NCBI GenBank assembly: GCA_010405405.1
Contig: MU004240.1
Coordinates: 1,208,882 to 1,272,881 of the forward strand
Length of the DNA: 64,000 bases
DNA from: Microthyrium microscopicum
Lineage: Eukaryota
Reading direction: 5' to 3'
Each line of letters starts with the position of its first letter. Position 1 is the stretch's first letter. The notes below the pieces were generated by a model. That model was not told the origin of the DNA, searched no databases, and was given only the letters and a program-made list of their open reading frames with translations. Shown here piece by piece: positions 1 to 13,773 of this stretch. A program made the translations under genes and the position numbers.

Positions 1-534
1 TAGGTAGCAGGTAAGACAGGCTCCTCCATCAGATCTCATGTACATTTCCGCCAACTGAGTGATAATACACTGATAGACTTCAATTGGCAATCTCTTGAAT
101 ATTCGAGCTGGCAACTGGGGTAAACCATTTGAACTCTTTCCAGTTGATGGCCTGGGCACTGCCCCCGATTCTTGCCATTGTCTCGCGAATGCGCGTTTCG
201 ATCTATCAGCCTCCCATGGCGTCTTGACCAGTTTTGGGGCAGTATCGAACCGATATTTCTTGGCCGGCTCGTGTTCGCTAGCGATTGTCGCGTAAGAAGT
301 CCTTGAAGAGAGTGATCCATATGAAGCTTTACTGCGAACAGATCTGGTCGAACCCGTTGTAGAAACCGATATTACGCTGTCTCTACATGAGTTGGCTGAC
401 TTTGGTTGCGCGATATAGCTGCTAGGATATCTGATGTTGTTAGCCCCTTTTTAAGCTTTCAATGACATTCTTGACAGCATCACTTACCGTCCAAAATCAC
501 CCGCCATATCTGCTTGTTGTTGCAATGCAATCAT
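1..534 (-). CDS. F-box-like domain protein, 5' part; runs off the window's left edge
   Basis: ATG at 534 (MIALQQQADMAGDFG). GTAAGT donor at 487 with CTAAC branch and AG acceptor near 422-433. The frame then stays open to base 1 and ends ...RIFKRLPIEVYQCIITQLAEMY...CLTCYL, an F-box-like LPxEV..CII..L motif. Missed by the ORF track. Confidence 0.6.
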
Positions 535-2388
535 AACCTTCAAAGCCGTATATAGTCAAGGGTAGGAATAGAATCGCGCAAACTTGCCCGAGAAGGAAGT
601 TCAAAAGGCGAGAGATCGCTGCGAGGTTAGGATTCGGGAAGATTGGCGATCAAGTGGGTCCCAATCTAGGCTACCCTGAGGGTCAAAAAGTCTCCTGAGA
701 ACAATGAGAGTAAGTTGAAGATGCGTAGACCTGGAAAAGTCGAGAAGAATAGCGGAACACTCTGAGACAGCTGGAGAAGGGGAAGATTTCAGAAAACGTA
801 GACATTGACGACAAGCACAAGAAGAGGCAAATGCACGATTGACCTCGACAAGCTGCACGATTGAATGTCAGAAACACGACCATGGCTCAAAAGGGATTTG
901 CTAACGCAGCTGGCGTCCTGCAAAGGCTGCAAAGGCGCGCGAACTGTCAAATCCACAGCAATTCTGCTGGAATCTGCTTGTTGGTTGTTCAGCCTGGCGG
1001 CCCGCGCGCCGCGCCAGATCAGCCATCGCCAGCCATCGGTTGATTGAGGCTCGCTGATTGACCACTCACACCTGCCTTTTTATGGTGGAGAACAACCGGG
1101 CCTGCTTGCAATTTTCCGAATTCGGTGAGACCCTGGTTGACGATTGGAAGCTCTGACGCCCCTTTGGGCTGGAGCGCACGCTCGGCTTATCAAGTACGGG
1201 CCTATTAATGATCTGTTTCACGTCCCTTTTCTACGGAAACTGGCGTCGAAGATATCGGGAAACCACTTGACCGCCTGGGGTCTTTGGTTGACAACTTGGC
1301 GCTGTCATGGCAAGGTGTCAAACTCGAGTGGAGTTTAAGCAGACTGACCGTAACAAAAGTTCGGTCACGTTCTTAAGCTTTGGAAACTGGGGGGCCGGCA
1401 CACGACAAATTCTCAGAATTTAGTCTTGCATTAGGTTCGGTAAGGAAAGTATTGGTCTCGTGAATAGGCACAGGTTTTTAGAAACTAAAGGATCTTGGGA
1501 TCTTCGGGAATCGTGGGGTGGACTACCGAAGGCTTGCAGAGCAATTTCTTTCTACGCCAAATATCGGACTATTGATTTCGAACAGGCCACGATACAAGAA
1601 ACTTGGAAGCAGGTCAAATTTCTGTAAGTTTGAACTTGAAGGCGGCTAAAGACTTGTTGAAGTTGTTGTGGATGAAAAAATTGACGCGCGCAGTTGTTGT
1701 GGTAAAAGCGCAATCTGTAGATCATGGGGTTCTGATATTAGGATCTCTGTAGTCTTGACCAGTAAGCCGCCCATGCGCGGCCTTGCCGTTGAAGTTGTGG
1801 CTTTCTTAAACGAGAAGAACAAAAAGAAGATGTTTCTGCGCTGGGACCTGGGCGCAGGGCTGAGACTCAATTCAGAGTGGGATGATGATTCTCGGTTGGG
1901 ATCTTTAATGCCAACAATTTCAGTTGACGAGACAGCATCAGTAAAAAATCAGATCATACGGTATTTTTATACAGGTTTCCCTCTTATTGTCATGCGATGG
2001 TCAAGAATCAATCTGTTTCCCATCTACTTTAAGAATTCCGTATAGACAGTGAACGATATGATAGGATTGGTCTCCTTGTATTGTTGTATATCAACCCATA
2101 TCAAGTCTTCAAACTCGTAGTGAAATGGTACGAGTTTGAAGAACTTTTGAGGTCATACTTGCTTTAGCATTGTTGGTGTGTCGGTTTCAGTAGAAATTAC
2201 AGCAAAACGAGAGGTATGGTTTGGATTCATGTTATTATGCTTATTATTGTTACTACATATACTGACACATTATTGAGCAGGAATCCCAAAGAGCAACCCC
2301 ATTTGAATCAACTATGCATTTACACTAAACTGATCCAATATCAGTATTTCAATTGCGCCTGTATCCCTTCCAAAGTCATCCAGTGAGG

Positions 2389-4150
2389 CTAGAATTTGAC
2401 AGTTTCGAAAGAGCTCTTTGCTCGAATCTGAGGACCCCACTTGAATAAGACGAATGGAATTGGGATCATGACGAGAGAAAGGAAGCCAAGTAGACTGGAT
2501 GCCCAGCCAATTCCGAGTTTGTTGTACACTGTTGAAGGTCAGAAAAATGTCTACCAGTCCCCAAATATGACTTACTTTGAGTGGTAAACAAAGGGAAAGC
2601 GGCGCCGAGCGCATATCTAGCAAGACTGTTTGCTCCCATTGCTGAGGCACCATTGAGAGGGCCATATACGTCAATGACGTACAATGCAGATGCGCTCTGT
2701 TCTGTGTTAGATTGATTCTGCCATTAGTAGGAGGAATATCAAACGTACGAATATGCAGAGGTTTCCCCAAGCAAATGGGACGACTCCAATCATAGGAACA
2801 ATCCAGTGGATGCTTTCCCTCGATGTCCAGCCAAACCAAAAGAGACCAATAGTAACACCAAAGCTTCCCATCATGGCGGTGTATAGACGTTCTTCTGGCG
2901 GGAGTAGATGCTGCCCTTTTGCTGCAGCAGCACGATGCTTCTTCTGATATACAAAGAAGTCTACCGCAACTGAAGTCGGGACTGCTAGAATATAACCGAT
3001 TGCTAGTGAAAGAAAACTCAAGCCTAGCTGTCCTAGATTGAAGTGGTATACTCCAACGAAGACCACTGGAAAAGCGTCCAAGAAGGCAAAGAGTACACCA
3101 AATGTAAAGGCCGAGTATAAACTAAGGAACAGCACGATTGGCTCGAACAATAACATTCGCATGGGTCTGAATAGGGTGATAGTTAGTATCATTTTGACTC
3201 CCGCAAATCCTGGAGGTAGAATCGATTTTGGTGGCGCGATTCCAAGACGTTTTGATCGTTTCTGCAAGATTGTTTTCTTGTAAGTCTCATCCATGGTTAG
3301 TGAGGAAATGTATATGCCTAGCGAAAGCATGAGGATGGTCCATTGGCTCCACTTCCATCCTTTTGCTTGTACAGCGAAGCCATTCACAAGTGGGCTAGCA
3401 AGAGAATTAGCTATGCGAAAACGAGGACTTTCAGATATCTTACCCTAGTGAAGTACCGAGAAACGGCGCTAACAAAAATGAAATAGTTGCATTCGCTCGT
3501 GATCGTGGCGGGAACAGATCTGCATTCGTACCAGCTCCAACACCAAGCACTGGGGATCCAAACAAGCCAGCAAAGAATCGACAAACTAGGAGCGAACCGA
3601 AATTGGTGCTGAATCCAGCGCCTAGCGTGAAGAGCATACTGATTGGTAGTGAGATCCAATAGACGATACGTCTTCCATAAGTCTCACTCATTGGGGCCGC
3701 AAGGACAGGGCCAAAACCAAGTCCCAGGACATATAAAGTTATTCCAAGGGTGGCAGCTGTTTGGGATACGTGAAAGCTCTTCGCTACATCTTCTACAGCC
3801 GGAGAGAATGCTGAAGACCCAAATGTCCTAGAATGTAGATTAGTTTAGGCTTGGTAGTACATAGAAAAGCTGGTAACTGACACTGCAAGGCCGAACAAAC
3901 CGGGTTGGATTGTATGCCAAATTCTCTTTCCTATGAACCAGTTGTGTGGATTCTCAGGATCATCTGGTCCTGTCCAATCTTGAGCCGTGACGACTCTCGT
4001 AACTGTCCGACTACCAACTCGAGAAGCTTCGATGTCATTTTGATGGGTTTCCTCATCGGATGAGCTCCTCTCAAGATCCAGTTCGATGGCAAGGTGAGGA
4101 TCGCTAGCTTGTAGTTCTTGGCCAAACTCCTTGTCTTTCTCGGGATCCAT
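2389..4150 (-). CDS. MFS drug:H+ antiporter (DHA1 family, Tpo/Flr1-like), 5 exons
   Basis: Family motifs: DWTGPDDPENPHNW, APMSETYGRR, PEERLYTAM, GASAMGANSLARYALGAAFPLF, LGIGWASSLLGF. Four GT-AG introns link the ORF-track pieces. TAG stop at 2391-2389. Confidence 0.92.
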
Positions 4151-4944
4151 GTGGATATTGAATTTTGGAGTGTTACTTCCAGTAAAGTTAGTGCCGAATA
4201 ATGGACAATGACAAGATATAGTGTATGGAATGGAACACAGCAGGAAGCCAAGAGATTGTACAACACGCTATATATACCACTACAGCCTTACAATCTGGTT
4301 GTTTAGCATATCATGTAATGAGATACAACTAATCATGAACTGAATGCTGAATCAACAAACAAATTTCTGCAGGTTGACTGGGTATATAATGTTGTAGAAG
4401 CAACTAGGCTTGACGGTGACTACCTGGTCCGCACTGCATCATCCTTCATGATTTGCTGGATTCAGCATTTACAGCTCCAAGAAATGTCCGACAAGCCCGA
4501 GACTTTGGTGCTAACCAAGGAAGGGACATTGATTATGGGTTTATGACATATCTAGCCTGTGTGGATACATCTCTAGTGATCAGTAATCGCTACGTCGCCT
4601 CGGTACCTGACATTTCACACGCATGGCGTGCTTGCAATGCGCGTGGTTGCATATCTGTTTTGTAATTAAGGATGATTCATGAGAGAAAATGTGCTTCTAT
4701 AACTTTTCAAAGATGGAAGTAGAAAGCGATGTCAGATAATAGAGTAAGCCATATATATTTGTAGGGTTGGCAGGGGAAGTAATCCAATCTCGGTGACGAA
4801 TCAGGCTAGCTTGCGCGGGAGTACCCATAGCAAGGATCCTTGCGTGTTTGCTACCAACCTCGATTTGCTACAATTATGCCAATTTCAAGACCACGACGGT
4901 CAAAGCCCCACAACACGCTTGGATCCAAGTGATTCTTGCAGATA

Positions 4945-7264
4945 ATGTCCGAGGACACACGATCATCCAAACGACGTCGCGTCAGCTCCAAATTAGATCC
5001 CCCAACTCCCACGAAGCAAAGACTAGCAACCCCTCGAAATGCAACTTCATCAGTCAACACAAAACAACGCAAGAGCTCGACGTTAGCGCGAGAAACCAAC
5101 GGGTCCGATGTTGGAAATACACCGCAGAAGCATGCTGCCTTACGCGCCGCGACAGCGTTGAATAGCACCACTGCGAATTCGAAAGAGTTGGAAGCAAGAG
5201 AAGCCAGTGATGAGAGCAATGAAGAATCAGCTGAAGACTCGGATCCAGAACCACGCCGTTCAGGACGTGAGAGAAAACCTAGCGCCAAGTTGAAATGGAT
5301 CTCTGGGGAAGTGGGAAAAGCCGTCAAAGCGGACAATCGCAAAAGTGAGGGTACGACTTCGTCAGCGAAAGGATCGAAAGGAGGTGATCGTCTCTCGGAG
5401 CCAAGGCCTCGCCAGTCCAAAGTCAAACCACCGGCAAACGCAAATACTATTGTGCCAAAGAAACGGGGACGACCTCCCAAGGCTCCAATCTTGCCTGAAC
5501 CAGAGTCTTCCGAAGCAGAACCTCTCGAACCCGACTCACCTATCCAAGACACGCCCCGAAAGCGAGGAAGACCGCCTAAGAAAAGACTCGAACGGGAGAA
5601 TGAAGCAGAGCAACCGAATTCAACAGCAAAGATAGTCCCTAAAGCCACCCCCAAGGAAATCTCGAAAACCAAAACACTGAATGGGTATACCGGGAAGACG
5701 ACGGAGCCAGTCATTGGCGCTACGATTCTGGCCCAAGAAGAGCTGCCTATGCAAAGCAATGAGGCTCAAAATGAGCTTATCAAATCTGCCGTTTCCCTTC
5801 TGAAGTGCTTTCCGGAAGGCCAGTTTCCATTCACAAAGCTCTTGTCACTTGTCACTGAAAAACTTACTCAACGCCGACCAATACCTCTCACTCACCTTGA
5901 GGACGAGTATTCCAAAGTGTACAGCCTTCTCGAGGCGACTGTAACAGCGGGTGAAGGCAACTCTATGCTAGTTGTTGGTGCTAGAGGCAGTGGGAAAAGT
6001 GCTCTTGTCAATAAAGCACTCAAGGAGCTCGCCAAAGATCAGAAGGATCATTTCCACGTGGTCAAGCTAAGCGGCTTTATTCAAACGGATGACAAGATTG
6101 CACTCCGCGAAATCTGGCGCCAACTGGGTAAGGAAATGGAAGTTGATGAAGAGGCAAGCAAGAGTTATGCCGATACATTAACGATGCTGTTGGCACTGCT
6201 ATCCCATCCCGAAGAAATCACTGGAGAAGCTGTGGATGGAGTGGCAAAATCTGTGGTGTTTGTTATGGATGAATTCGACCTATTCGCTACTCATGCACGA
6301 CAAACTCTGCTTTACAACCTCCTGGATATTGCCCAATCACGCAAGGCTCCAATCGCGGTACTGGGTTTGACTACAAAATTCGACGTCACTGAAAGACTTG
6401 AAAAACGTGTGAAAAGTCGATTTAGCCATCGCTATGTCCATTTACCACTACCTAAAAGCCTGTTTGCTTTCAAGGATATCTGCGAGGCTGCACTGACTAT
6501 CCACTCTGAGGAGCTTTCGTTTGATGAACAAGTGGCCATTTCTCAGACCATCCAGACACCTCAGAAACGCAAAAATGGGAATTGGGAAACATCAGATTGT
6601 CTTGCAGCATGGAACGAATCCGTAAAGGTAAGAAACGGGGTACCCTGTCTTGTTGAACATTTACTAACACGTAAAACAGATCTTGATGAGCAGCGGGGAA
6701 TTTATCAATGCTTATATCAAACCCGTCTACCATCTCAGCAAATCCGTTCCAACAGTCTTGAGTTCTCTTGTCATCCCATTGAACACACTGTTCACTCCAG
6801 AAGGCTATTTTAAACCACTTTTCCCTACTGAGCATTTCTTATCATATAAACCCGACATTCCCCTACTTGCACCAACCTCAACATTGGCTCTTCTCTTGCC
6901 ATCGCTATCCGAGTTGCAGCTCTCGCTTCTCATTGCCGCTGCTCGCCTAGACATTATCCACTCAACTGATACATGCTCCTTTGGCATGGCCTACGCTGAA
7001 TATGTCTCCCTAGCCGGTACAGCACGTATGCAAAACTCGGCGGCTGGAGCACTAGCCACTGGTGCAGGCGCACGAGTCTGGGGCCGCGATGTTGCCAAGG
7101 GTGAATGGGAGGCTTTGGTACGGCTGGGGCTTTTGGTGCCCGTAAGTGAGAGCGCGGTTACTAGTGTAGGAGCGCTGGTCAAAATCGATGTCCGGTTGGA
7201 GGAAATTCCGGGGGCTGTGCCTGGGATTTCTAGCATGATGGAGAAGTGGTGTACTCAACTATGA
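4945..7264 (+). CDS. ORC4: Origin recognition complex subunit 4 (AAA+ ATPase) with N-terminal AT-hooks
   Basis: Walker A (GEGNSMLVVGARGSGKS), Walker B (VFVMDEFDLF..HARQTLLYNLLD) and LEKRVKSRFSHR. Intron 6628-6679 joins ORFs 4936 and 6683 in frame. Confidence 0.95.
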
Positions 7265-9972
7265 TTACTGTGTTGATATTTTTCTGGAGAACTGGAAGTT
7301 GTATAGTGCTAGGCATCTATCAAAGAGAATACTAGACTAAAGTCGTGAGCCACGGACGCCTTTACCTCGATTTATCATCTAAAGATTTCACCCTGTCAAT
7401 CATTTGCGATTGAATATGCTGTAGTTGACTCAGCATGGTAACTAGTCTAATTGATACACTTCGACTCATGTCTTTCGTCTGGTACTCGATGTCGAGTTTG
7501 TAGGAGAAACTAGATCTTTTTGATCCTGTTAAATGTTCAGCTCATTACCTCACATCATCTCGCTTGGATATATTAAGTATTAGTCAACCTCAGGAATTTG
7601 CGAGTGAAAAGCGTCGTGAGCTAGCCTATTGTCTGGAGGATGGGTCCATAACAGTATGTTACAAACGAATCACAAGCACCTATCCACTAATAATGTTATT
7701 GGTGGCATGATATTCATACAATCAAACATTTTACAAGACTCGGAGCTGGGAATAACAGGTAGCTACAACCAATGTTGAGACGCTGTGCATGCATATATGT
7801 TGTTGGACGGGTAGATTTAAGACCCTTTAGAGTGGAGAATTATGGACATCAGAGAAAAATATACAGTCAAGTGGTAAAGTGCAAGCCGGCTGCTCGGTTA
7901 GGATGCTTGCTTTCAATGAAAAGCAACACGACTAGGAATACCACCCGGGCTCGTGTCTTCAGTCATCTTGTACCTACCGCTGGCGCCGAATAATAGCAAA
8001 CAAACAGATAATGTTGAACCGGTTACGGCGGCTTTCGCGGCCATATTTTCGACGCACGCCTGGTTGGCCAATCTACTAAGCCAAATAATCAAGTCCGTAG
8101 GCCTACGTTCAGCTGCTACTCTCAACGCGCCAGCTTGCAGCCAATGCAAGCTGCAGCTAGCCGTTAAACGAGCTGGTTCATGTCGCTCTGAGTTGGGTTG
8201 GAATTGGATTGGATGTCGTCTTCCAACATGTCAGGAGATACAAAGGGCTACCCCACAAGCAGATATGATCGTCTTCAAGGAGTTTGTCACCGAGAACTCA
8301 AAAGGTGTCAGTTTGAAACGATTGATCTTCGAATTTTTCTCTACAGCAAAAGTGATGGTTGAAGTTAAGGGCGCGGACCGCCGCGGCATGGGACGAGCCA
8401 GTTCCATGTCATGTTTTCCGATGGGATGGTAAGCCTTTGAAACATATTTGGGAATTTTGGGTTAGGTTGGTTCCTTGGTTCCCAAAGTAGAGAGCGCCTT
8501 GAGCGCCTCAAAATTTAGCTATAGCGGTAACTTCAAGCGAGTAGGAGTAGCCTGTATATCACACTCCAGAATATAGGCTCACAGGCTCTTGGTTTTGTTT
8601 GCTATCTTCCAAGTCAATTCTAGACAGATACATGTACGTAAGAGCGAGTTTGGAAGGTCATCCCACCATACATGTAGCTTCGAACTACTAACATTAGTGT
8701 CATTGACTTGAAATGGGAGAAAACTAATCCTTGATCGGCGAAACGGTCCAAAGGCTTGCGCCGAAGGGACTAGGTGATAGCAGACTTGAACAGTGAGCAG
8801 CATGTCGTATTATTTTGTAGATGCAAGGTTGTAATGACTGTGTTTGATGCACGATATGACAGCAATTGTTGGCAATCAACTGCATGTCATTCGACATCTC
8901 AACACCTTCTCCGTTCATTGGCCTTTTTTGGCAGCGCGGCCCAACAGAATGTTGGTGGCAGATGCTCGATTTGTTTGCTATCCATGTTGTGTTGTACTCA
9001 TCAGCCAGCCAAGTGAAAGTTAAATTAGGGTCGGTAACGGGAAGGACAATCTGCGTGAGTTTTTAGTCATTTCTAAATCAAAGCTTTCAAAAACAACCCG
9101 AATCAAGATCTGTAACTAGTCGCCGATTTCCAGGTTCAGGAAATTGCCGAAAAAGCACCCATTTGCTTTGCAGGGAAGGGTTTGTCCCAGCAGTAAGGTC
9201 GCTTTGAGCGGTCGCCGGTAGGTAATCCAGTTTATTTTCCTGCCCAGCCATACGAATCGAGAGGACAGACTAGGTTTCATACACTTCCTTCCCGCACTTT
9301 GCGTCTTTCAAAACGTCCTGTCGGTAACCACGCCTTAAAGGTGGCGCTAGGTGGTGGAGACAGGTGGTGCGCCCATCAATTATTGGGTTGCGCACGAGGT
9401 TCTGTTGGACAAATTCCGAAGATATGGTAAAGATCTCTGATTCCAAAGTAGTATCTGTAGCTTAGCTGGCGCCCTGGTATCCAACTAGCGACGTACTTCA
9501 ACGTGGAGCGTGGGAATAGTGTGATTTCTGAGCCAACCAACAAGTTGTTAGCTCCCGGGTGTTCTTTCTGGTATCTTTCCATGTTGCCTTACAATGATGT
9601 ACTCAGCCTAGAAACGGCAGAAACTCGTGGCAGTTCTCTAGGCTCATTTCAATTCGTAAATTCTGTTTCTTCATGTGAGGCGTCGACAACAGGGTATCTT
9701 ATACCATCATTTGCCCCTTTAACCGGTCAAACATCTTGATGTTACAAGGCTTCAAGAATCAACAGGCTTTGTTCTTCGTCACCGCATTGCCACCAGTAGG
9801 TATTGGCACACAAGCGGCGCGGTGCATTGAATGAACCCAAATTTTCAAGGAAGTACCCCATGCTAGCAGGGCCTACCTCTGCTGTCCGTCAAACAGTATT
9901 TATACGTCGTTCCACTGATCATTTCTCTTCCGTGCTGAGGGCAAATCTTGTCGATAGGTCGGTCTCGGTGTC

Positions 9973-11176
9973 ATGGCCGACGCTGCAGAGGAAGAGTATT
10001 TTGAACTCATCGAAGTCCACGATCGCACTTTCCAGCATTACTCGGTTATAAATAACGTCTATCTCGCTCCTGTTGATGAGGTAAGTTGTTACCCTTGTCC
10101 AAAGCCCGGCTCGCATTATCGATCCTTCAGGCTTTCCAAACGTCATAGCGACCTAACCACGATTTCAGGATGAAGAAGAGAGACTCGTTCTCGAAGCTCG
10201 GATTCTCCTGGAAGTATTCCAAAATCGCCTTTTCCTCGTGCCTTTAGAATATCCTCGGCAGGTCCTAGAGTGCGGGTACGGCCGCGGAGCATGGGCAACG
10301 CAGATGGCCCTTGTTTACGAATGTCAGGTATGGCCCTTGTTACCCATTTAAGCGCAAATTCAACAAAGAATCTTGCTTGATAGCAAGTGCTGGGGGCTTG
10401 TTCGAGTGTGGCTGATCTGTGAAATGTCTAGGTCACCGCTATCGACATTTATCCGGCAGAGCTTTCCGAGGAGCCTGAAAATCTGGTACGAGAGATCTGG
10501 AACCTCAACGATCGACTTCTTCCTACATACCGCGCCGGCCAATATGACCTCGTACACTCTCGTTGCGTTGGGCTGGGCATCAAGAAGTCCCGCTGGCGGA
10601 CTTATGTGAGAGACTTGGGACAATTGACCAGACGAGGAGGCTATGTGCAACTTGCTGAGTTTTACTACAACATACAGTCAGATAATGGACGATTGACTGA
10701 AAATCATGCAATATACAAATGGGGAGTCGCATTCAGGACCGCATTAGATGTTGACAAAGACCCCAGGGCGTACCGGAATTTTGAGAGATATCTCAGAGAC
10801 GCGGGGTTGACAAATGTACAAACAATGTCGGTTCATATTCCCATTGGAGACTGGTCAACAGGTACGTTGCTTGTTTTCGAGCCGTCAATGATGAATTAAC
10901 ACATGGCTGATGTGTGGTCGCAGATCCTAGACAGCAAGCAATCGGTCTGCTGAATCGAGAGAGTATGGAAGAGCTGGTCGAATCCCATGCAATTTATCCG
11001 TTCACGCAGCAACTAGGCTGGACAGTTGACCAAGTATCCGAGTTGACCGATCAAATTCGCGATGAGCTAAATGACAATAGCTTGCATCTTTATCTGCCTT
11101 TGTTAGTCCATACGATAAGAAATGGCTATAGTGCTAACCTGAATGCAGATATATAGCCTGGGGATATCGACGCTGA
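9973..11176 (+). CDS. SAM-dependent methyltransferase, LaeA-like/TAM family, 5 exons
   Basis: Spliced product has YLAPVDEDEEERL, motif I VLECGYGRGAWA, YDLVHSRCV and GGYVQLAE, and ends LYIAWGYRR*. Introns have canonical signals. Confidence 0.88.
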
Positions 11177-13463
11177 CCTCGACCTGGCACGAAGTGAGAG
11201 AATGGGTTCCAAGCAGGTTGTGATGAAGTGAAGTTGGAAGGGGTGGCGACCCAGACGGCTGGGTTGACTCACGACAATTTGGAGGGTCACGATGTCATGT
11301 CTCACCCTTTTCACACCGACGTCGAAATGTTGCCTTTGATGTGTTGGTCCAAAATATTGCCACACATCGCATCTTCTTCATCAGCAGCGCCGTTCTCATG
11401 GGAGGATGTGTTTGTAGCAACTGCAAGGAGGCGATGACCAATTCGGTGCGGTCGTCAGGCGCACTGCAATTCCAACTGGCAGGTACGCGAGCAAAGAGTG
11501 AGAGATAAAGCTATTACGATGATCATGAATGAAAAGTTCATCAACCTATCCAAATCGGAGATGATCATGAGGCCAGCAACTTGGGGAAACAGACTGAAAG
11601 CGGGTGACGACTGACAAGGGCTCCGCTGGATTGATACGTAGTAACTGCCACTGACTTGGTCAGCCTCTTCCACCTTACAACGCCTAGGAACACATACTCT
11701 CCTGTACGAATCTGATATGCTGGGATGGGCATGGAGGGTTACTAACGGCATGAATATGGACGAGAGCAATGGCTGGATACTGGCGTTGTTCATGATTCTA
11801 TGAAGACAAGATATGTGTCCAGGGCCGTTGAAGCAGGAAAAACTACTCAGAAATCTGATAGGTGTTGGGAAGGGAATTTATCAATCAAGTATAACTCTCC
11901 ACATCCCACGCTCCTGAGTCCTCATCGTCAATTGTTCTCTGCCACATCACACGCGTCCCAAACTGTCGGGTCGAAGGCGCTGAATGAGCCAGTTTTCCAC
12001 ATGACTTTGGTGTCTTCCATAGAAATATCTGGAAGTATCTTCTTGGCCAGCTGCATGATGTGAGCTTTACGCCTTGATAATTGATGCAGAGTTGGGCTGG
12101 CAGATCCTCCAGCAAAGAATAAAGGCAAGACCAGGTGATTACAACAAATCCTATGCTCGTATGCATTTAGAACCATAAACCTGCAATGTGATTGGAACGG
12201 AACTATGGAATTTATTTTATCCCTGTAGAGCTCATTACTACTCTTTGGACTGCAGTAGATATACCTCTCTATCCAATTATCAAGGGTCACCTCTTGAAAT
12301 ATATGGCACATGCTTAAAGGCAAATCTGTACAGCTACTAGTAGGTAGGTAGGAACGTCAGTTCAAACACGAATGTGCACAGAAGAAACCTACAAGCCACA
12401 ACCCTCATAGAGTTATCGTGTAAGATGGATAACTCGCTTCATTCTGATCCATCCAGGTCCCAGTTGCAGCTTGAGCGCCTGTCAGTTTGTAGAACCTTGT
12501 TACGGTTCCACCTGGTACTTGTATAAAGACTTCGAAGCCAAAAAATCCATCTCGGACCCCCAGGCATGGTCAGCCCCCTACCAGGCTTACTGAAGATGGA
12601 GTAATATTGTGCATCTTATTTACTGGTAACGGGATAGATCGCGTCTATGGAAAGATAAAGATCCCAGATATTTGCTGATATGTCACACTGTAGTAGTTCA
12701 TGTTACTCTAGCACGCGCTTAATTGCAAAGCGGTGCGTTACCATTCTGATTATTAGCCTCCCCAGGTCCTTCTTAACCTGCGGTACAACATCTACTGTAT
12801 CGATTCGGTGAAAGCGCGAAGCGCAGCCTGGTTCAGGGGATGTACCTTTTTCGATGCTGTGCCTCTCAAGAGACGCCACCGATGTCCAGGCACTGCAGCT
12901 TGGAAACCTGACTGGCTGGCAGCGCTACTAGCGTTTGACCGCTGCGCTATTGGAAAATCCGAAAACGCTTTAGCGACCCCGTTTTCGATCAAGGACATAA
13001 AAATAGAAGCGCAGACAGACGCAAAGAGGATTGTTGGTAAGGAGACGAATACGAAATGGCAGGTTGGGTTGTTTGTGGAATGTGGTGAAGGAGTATTTGG
13101 TTCGCGATTCTTTAAAGCTCAAGCATGACCGTTGCGGCTAACATCCGTTTGTAACTTAACCGTACTCTCTGGACTCTTCCAAATTTCAAACCTTACCCAT
13201 TGATTCGATGCGAGTCAGGGTATGTCAATCTGATTTGATCTTATTTGTCGTCCAGGTACAGTTCTGTTCCCCACGCCTTCCTAGTGACGATTACTGACCC
13301 CTGAAACCGTCTTTTGCAACTGATCATCATCGACTTGGAAGTGTTCCAAGGTTTTGTGACCCTTGGAGTAGTAGGTGTAACTCGCTACTGCGAACCTGAC
13401 TGCGCTAGCGACCAAGCTTTGCATTGGCCGCAATTTGTGGGAACCCCGGAGCTTGAGGTGATA

Positions 13464-13610
13464 CCGTTTTTACCCTTTCAGTTGGGACATGCTAGCGCGC
13501 TTTTTTTTGCTGGTGGCGCTCTGAGTTTAGGTAGTGACTCGCTATCGCTTACGGACAAACCTCGCCTAAAAACCCGCGCTAGCATGTCCCAACTGAAAGG
13601 GTAAAAACGG
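13464..13610. mobile_element. MITE (147 bp), Tc1/mariner-like, with perfect 36-bp TIRs and flanking TA
   Basis: TA-CCGTTTTTACCCTTTCAGTTGGGACATGCTAGCGCG (13462-13499) is the exact reverse complement of 13575-13612. The spacer is 75 bp and no transposase is encoded. Confidence 0.85.
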
Positions 13611-13773
13611 TAGGCATTCACCTTGAATCAAGGATCAGCTAAAACATTCAAGTATGCCCAACCGGAAGAAACTAGGTAGTTTCCGCTTGGCTACCATCTT
13701 TTCGCAAAATGGTCATCACTCTACCATAAAATCGTATAAGTATCACGAACTGGCTGGAAGGGAAGGCATCAGC

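Noticed and set aside
4851..5759. 302-aa minus-strand ORF, and similar antisense ORFs at 16351-17004, 20885-21400, 55702-56211 and 58582-59082
   Set aside because: These are antisense shadows of well-supported genes and show no recognisable motifs.
7300..9900. Several 60-160 aa ORFs in a long intergenic region
   Set aside because: No coherent exon structure or recognisable domain; many start at non-ATG codons.
11800..12330. Minus-strand ORF fragments that might be a decayed gene
   Set aside because: No family recognised and no consistent spliced or frameshifted model could be built.
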